Shown here: positions 60,360-64,000 of the stretch, piece by piece
Position numbering within the stretch: position 1 is the first letter of the stretch
How the letters are laid out: each line of letters starts with the position of its first letter
Assembly (NCBI GenBank): GCA_029856145.1
Contig: JAHQWK010000024.1
Location: 1 to 64,000 of the forward strand
DNA length: 64,000 bases
DNA from: Promethearchaeia archaeon
Lineage (GTDB): Archaea > Asgardarchaeota > Lokiarchaeia > Sigyniarchaeales > SOKP01
Direction: 5' to 3'
Notes under the pieces: generated by a model
The model's input: the letters and a program-made list of their open reading frames with translations, nothing else
The model's database searches: none
What the model was told of the DNA's origin: nothing
Program-made: the position numbers and the translations under genes

Positions 60360-61141
60360 GAGTTTTCCCTCCCAAGGCCTTTTACGAATTCTGAATCAGT
60401 GATTAAACCAACTATTTTGCGGTGAAATTCTAAAAAAGAGAGAATCCCTTGAATTCTTTCTAATAAAATTTTATGGCCTTTTCTGAACTGAAAAGGCTCT
60501 AAATTTATAATCATTGATTGTAAAAACTTTTTAGTATACTCATTTGTTTCAAATTTATAGACGCTCGTACCTGAAGCAATTGCTGAAAAATCTCCTCCTA
60601 AAGAATATAAATATTTTCTAGTCCCCTTAATCAATTCCTTTTTAAGAATTGGAGACGCTTCCATTAATTTCAAATTTTCAGAAATTGCACCCTTTGAAAG
60701 TCCTGTAAGCTCTTTCATTTGAGCCTGCGTTAAACCATTACGTTTATGTAAAAGTAGACAACCAATAATTGTGGCTAAAACATAATTTTGTCCTTTTAAT
60801 TTGCCTGCCCTTACGAAGAATTTAATAACTCTTTTTTCATATTCACGGATCTTTCCCTCAAACATGTGAGATTTTCTTTCCACGTAATCCGAATAATCTT
60901 CATCAAGTCTTCGATTAATAACATTCCATAATGATGTAAAATCTTCATTTGAGAGATCCAACTTATTAATTTTGTTTTTTAATTCGAGGATTAATTTTTC
61001 ATTCCATATTGGATCAGTAAGAAAATCTTTAAGTTTTTCTTTTAGTAATTTGATATGCCCACCTTTATTATTCTCCAAATAATTCTGAGCAATTTTACCT
61101 ATTATTTCCAATAAATTATTAATTTTCTTCTGATCAATCAT
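60356..61141 (-). CDS. GbsR/MarR-like winged-helix regulator (type A) with an N-terminal extension
   Basis: LTQAQMKELTGLSKGAISENL...GTRKYLY. Confidence 0.85.
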   Translation of the reverse strand: MIDQKKINNLLEIIGKIAQNYLENNKGGHIKLLKEKLKDFLTDPIWNEKLILELKNKINKLDLSNEDFTSLWNVINRRLDEDYSDYVERKSHMFEGKIREYEKRVIKFFVRAGKLKGQNYVLATIIGCLLLHKRNGLTQAQMKELTGLSKGAISENLKLMEASPILKKELIKGTRKYLYSLGGDFSAIASGTSVYKFETNEYTKKFLQSMIINLEPFQFRKGHKILLERIQGILSFLEFHRKIVGLITDSEFVKGLGRENS

Positions 61142-61214
61142 TACTGGTACAGCTAATAATATTAAACATCATTTTCTTTTAGTCTTTCCTATAAATAATA
61201 TTGCTTTTCTATTA

Positions 61215-61325
61215 TTTAAAGATTATGAATTTCATAGATTGTGAAGTTCATAGGAAATGAAAATATTTAAATATGCAATTTCACTCTTAATAATTGTAAG
61301 ATCTACTATTTTCATTATAAATGAA
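61215..61325. promoter_or_regulatory. Cluster of TTCA-N7-TGAA sites in the divergent regulator/ABC promoter
   Basis: Perfect sites at 61231, 61247 and 61311, a one-mismatch site at 61215, and TTTAAATA at 61266-61273. Confidence 0.75.
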
Positions 61326-61352
61326 AAATAAAAACAATAAAGGTTGATAAAA

Positions 61353-62309
61353 ATGAATGCTATAGAGGTAAAAAATCTAATAAAATATTATGACAAAGGA
61401 AAAATTAAAGCTGTAGATGATATTTCATTTGAAGTGCCTCGAGGCTCTCGATTTGGTTATTTAGGACCAAATGGAGCTGGAAAAACTACCACGATTCGAT
61501 GTATACTTGGTTTTCTCAACGCAGATGCGGGAGATATTACAATATTAGGTGAAAAGATTAATCCAAAAAAAGATGTAAAAATTCGGAATCATATTGGATA
61601 TTTACCCGGCGAATTGGGACTATATAAAAATATGACCGCAAATGATTTGATTAATTATTTTGCGAAGCTCTATGATATTGAAATAGATTGGAATTTTGTT
61701 AAAGAAGTAACAGAACGTCTTAAATTAGATATGAATCGAAAATTGGGCGTATTAAGCAAAGGTAATAAACAAAAAGTTGGTGTATTATCAGCTCTTATGG
61801 GAAAATTTGATGTGCTTATTATGGATGAACCCACTTCAGGACTTGACCCATTGATGCAATTAGAATTTTATCGAATTGTATCTGAGAGACAGAAAGAATC
61901 AAAATGCACCGTATTTCTTTGTAGCCATGTGCTCGCAGAGGTAGAAAAATTCTGTGATAGAGTTGCAATCATAAAGAAAGGAAAAATTGCTGAAATATCT
62001 GATGTAAATGATCTAAAAGCAAAAAATTTGAAACATATAGAATTGATTTTTGAAACTCCAGGTAGTATGGAAGCATTTAAATCTCTTTTAGAAACTGAAT
62101 ATTCTGAATCAATCATAAAATATGAATTCCAGACTCAACTTGAATTTTTATTACCCCCTCATCAAGCCCGGAAAATATTATGTGAAATTAGCGAAAGAGA
62201 CTGGGGTGGTGTTCCTGTAAAAGACTTCTCGATTAGACATTCCACACTAGAGAATATTTTTATGCAATATTATGAAGAGGGCAAATCAAAAGGAGGTAAA
62301 ATCGCATGA
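61353..62309 (+). CDS. ABC-2 type transporter ATP-binding protein (ATG 61353)
   Basis: GPNGAGKTT, LSKGNKQK, MDEPTSGLDP and CSH motifs. Confidence 0.93.
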   Translation: MNAIEVKNLIKYYDKGKIKAVDDISFEVPRGSRFGYLGPNGAGKTTTIRCILGFLNADAGDITILGEKINPKKDVKIRNHIGYLPGELGLYKNMTANDLINYFAKLYDIEIDWNFVKEVTERLKLDMNRKLGVLSKGNKQKVGVLSALMGKFDVLIMDEPTSGLDPLMQLEFYRIVSERQKESKCTVFLCSHVLAEVEKFCDRVAIIKKGKIAEISDVNDLKAKNLKHIELIFETPGSMEAFKSLLETEYSESIIKYEFQTQLEFLLPPHQARKILCEISERDWGGVPVKDFSIRHSTLENIFMQYYEEGKSKGGKIA

Positions 62310-63121
62310 AAGTATTGCAGATTGTATGGAAAGAATTAAAGAAGGATTACAAAAGTCTCTTAATTTTCACAGGTATTATGTCCCTTTTCTTCATGTGGTT
62401 TGTAACTTTTTTTGATCCTGAGCTATTTGCGGGTTTGGAGGAAGTTTTTGAGAGTTATCCGGAAGCAATCCGACAGATGATTGGAGAGTTTTATAATCTC
62501 GCTGAATTTGGAGGTTTTCTTAACGTTTATTTATTTTCAATGTCGTGGTTCTACTTTGGAATATATTTTATTTTAAAGTCAGCACAGAACATCCCAAAAG
62601 AGATAGAGGATAAAACAATTGATTTGGTGTTGTCAAAGCCTATCCCACGGACGGAGTTTACTCTAGGTAAGTATCTAACCCATATAATCGAAATATTATT
62701 AATTTATTATGGTGTCATGATGAGCGTTCTTTTAGGAATATTGATATTTCCATCTGTAACTATCAATGGTATCTTTTTGAATGAAATAATTTTCGCATTT
62801 CTATATAATTTTATTTTTATGGTTACATTAATAAGTACGGGGTTCTGTTTCTCTACTTTCTTATCTTCTAAAAAGGCATTAGCTTTAGGGTTAGGGGTGG
62901 TGATATTTTTCTACGCTGTAGGTCAATTTTGGAAATCATTTCCCGAAGTAGCACAAGAAATTAAACGTATCAGCATATTTTTCTATTCAGACATGTCAAA
63001 TCTTCTCGTAAATCATGTTTGGGATAACGTCGGATTACATATTTTAGTCCTTTTAGGCTATTCTGTAGTATTAACAACATCTTCGGTTATAATATTTAAT
63101 AAACGGGATATTCCCGTCTAA
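62306..63121 (+). CDS. ABC-2 type transporter permease
   Basis: Six TM helices, EIEDKTIDLVLSKPI.R motif and F.KRDI C-terminus. ATGA overlap with the ATPase gene. Confidence 0.9.
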   Translation: MKVLQIVWKELKKDYKSLLIFTGIMSLFFMWFVTFFDPELFAGLEEVFESYPEAIRQMIGEFYNLAEFGGFLNVYLFSMSWFYFGIYFILKSAQNIPKEIEDKTIDLVLSKPIPRTEFTLGKYLTHIIEILLIYYGVMMSVLLGILIFPSVTINGIFLNEIIFAFLYNFIFMVTLISTGFCFSTFLSSKKALALGLGVVIFFYAVGQFWKSFPEVAQEIKRISIFFYSDMSNLLVNHVWDNVGLHILVLLGYSVVLTTSSVIIFNKRDIPV

Positions 63122-63302
63122 ATTTATATTATTCTTTTTTTTTTTTAAATCCTATAGGCTAATAATTAGTTTAGAAATACTAATTAAATAGTCAATACCA
63201 AAAATTTATAAGTTTGTCATAATACGAATATCTTTAATATTATAACATCTATTTTTACGTTATAATAAGAATATTATATTAGATCTTTAACGAGGTTAAC
63301 AA

Positions 63303-64000
63303 ATGTCGAATTTCCGTGAAAAAATACATTCAAAAGAGCTTATAGCTACATTTGATGATGTACTAATACTACCCGGATTCACGAATTTCTCGCCTTCAGA
63401 GGTTAATATATCTTCAAACTTAGGAAAATATCATCTTAAACTTCCTATATTATCATCGGCGATGGATACAGTCACTGAAGAAAGTATGGCAATCAATATG
63501 GCTTTACGAGGTGGTCTTGGAGTTTTACATCGTAATTGCTCTTATGAAAGGCAATTAGAAATGGTAAGAATTGTTAAGCGAGCTAGATCTTTTGTAATTG
63601 ACGACGTAGCAACAATTAGTCCTAATGCTAAAGTCACTAAAGCAAAATATATGATGGATAATTATAATATAAGCGGGATCGTAGTAGTAAATGAAGCTAA
63701 GAAAGTATGTGGCATTTTTACCAAGCGCGACATTCCTTTCTTTGAAAAAGATATACAAAATGGGACAATTAAAGACTATATGACCAAGGATGTAATTTCC
63801 ATCAATCCTGGAGCTTCGAGAGAAGAAGCACTGAAAGTTTTATACGAGTCACGTAAAGAGAAGTTACCCATTATAGATAAAGATGGTCTGTTGAAAGGGT
63901 TAATAACAAAGAAAGATTTAGCTCCAGAATTTCCATTCGCTTCTAAAGATAATGAAGGACATTTATTATGTGCTTTAGCATTATCCCCAAAATTCCCAGA
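63303..64000 (+). CDS. guaB: IMP dehydrogenase with CBS domains (3'-truncated; absent from the ORF track)
   Basis: ATG 63303 behind GAGGTT. Reads ...TFDDVLILPG...PILSSAMDTVTE...GGLGVLHRN, then CBS domains (GIFTKRDI, EKLPIID..G.LKGLIT.KD). Confidence 0.92.
   Translation, partial: MSNFREKIHSKELIATFDDVLILPGFTNFSPSEVNISSNLGKYHLKLPILSSAMDTVTEESMAINMALRGGLGVLHRNCSYERQLEMVRIVKRARSFVIDDVATISPNAKVTKAKYMMDNYNISGIVVVNEAKKVCGIFTKRDIPFFEKDIQNGTIKDYMTKDVISINPGASREEALKVLYESRKEKLPIIDKDGLLKGLITKKDLAPEFPFASKDNEGHLLCALALSPKFP

Noticed and set aside
1985-63758. Short ORFs antisense to or nested in long genes (e.g. 5357-5860, 6047-6361, 19647-19991, 30045-30488, 42293-42535, 61868-62116, 63555-63758)
   Set aside because: They overlap well-supported genes and have no motifs, so they are shadow ORFs.
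1-64000. Selenocysteine or pyrrolysine readthrough
   Set aside because: The recognisable genes ending in TGA (hutU, radA, comDE, radical SAMs) are already full-length, and I saw no split selenoprotein family.
1-64000. tRNA/rRNA genes, transposases, integrases, diversity-generating retroelement
   Set aside because: I saw no GC-rich structured RNA segment and no recombinase or reverse transcriptase ORF. The 1487/2852 repeat differences are not adenine-specific and include indels.

Overview
This is an AT-rich (roughly 30% GC by eye), gene-dense chromosomal segment of an Asgard archaeon, most likely Lokiarchaeia. The assignment is an inference from Loki-CTERM-type sorting tails, longin-domain fusions, a Rab-like GTPase, a Vps29-like protein, a JAMM protein, LRR proteins and archaeal RadA, TyrRS, AOR and PPAT. 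It holds about 52 CDS. Metabolic genes include aor, an acyl-CoA ligase, SCP2 proteins, ppdK, ADP-forming acyl-CoA synthetase alpha and beta, an iron ADH, hutUHI plus formiminotransferase, a divergent PGI, comDE, a CoA-transferase, a prenyltransferase and partial guaB. There are also tyrS, radA, a P-type ATPase and an ABC-2 exporter. I saw no rRNA, tRNA, CRISPR array or transposase. Main observations: (1) GbsR/MarR-like regulators occur both as a split, coupled gene pair and as a fused two-domain gene, and a TTCA-N7-TGAA palindrome occurs seven times in the adjacent promoters. (2) coaD and aor appear to start at ATT codons placed correctly behind Shine-Dalgarno motifs. (3) A JAMM isopeptidase fused to SNAP/TPR-like helices lies near a C2HC zinc-finger protein and a PCI-like protein. 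(4) A 1553-aa receptor-like protein has an ectodomain-TM-longin architecture. (5) RadA carries an extra N-terminal zinc finger and acidic linker. (6) A tandem duplication of Loki-CTERM surface genes left a decayed copy of the coaD 3' end. All family calls come from motif recognition by eye; no searches were run.
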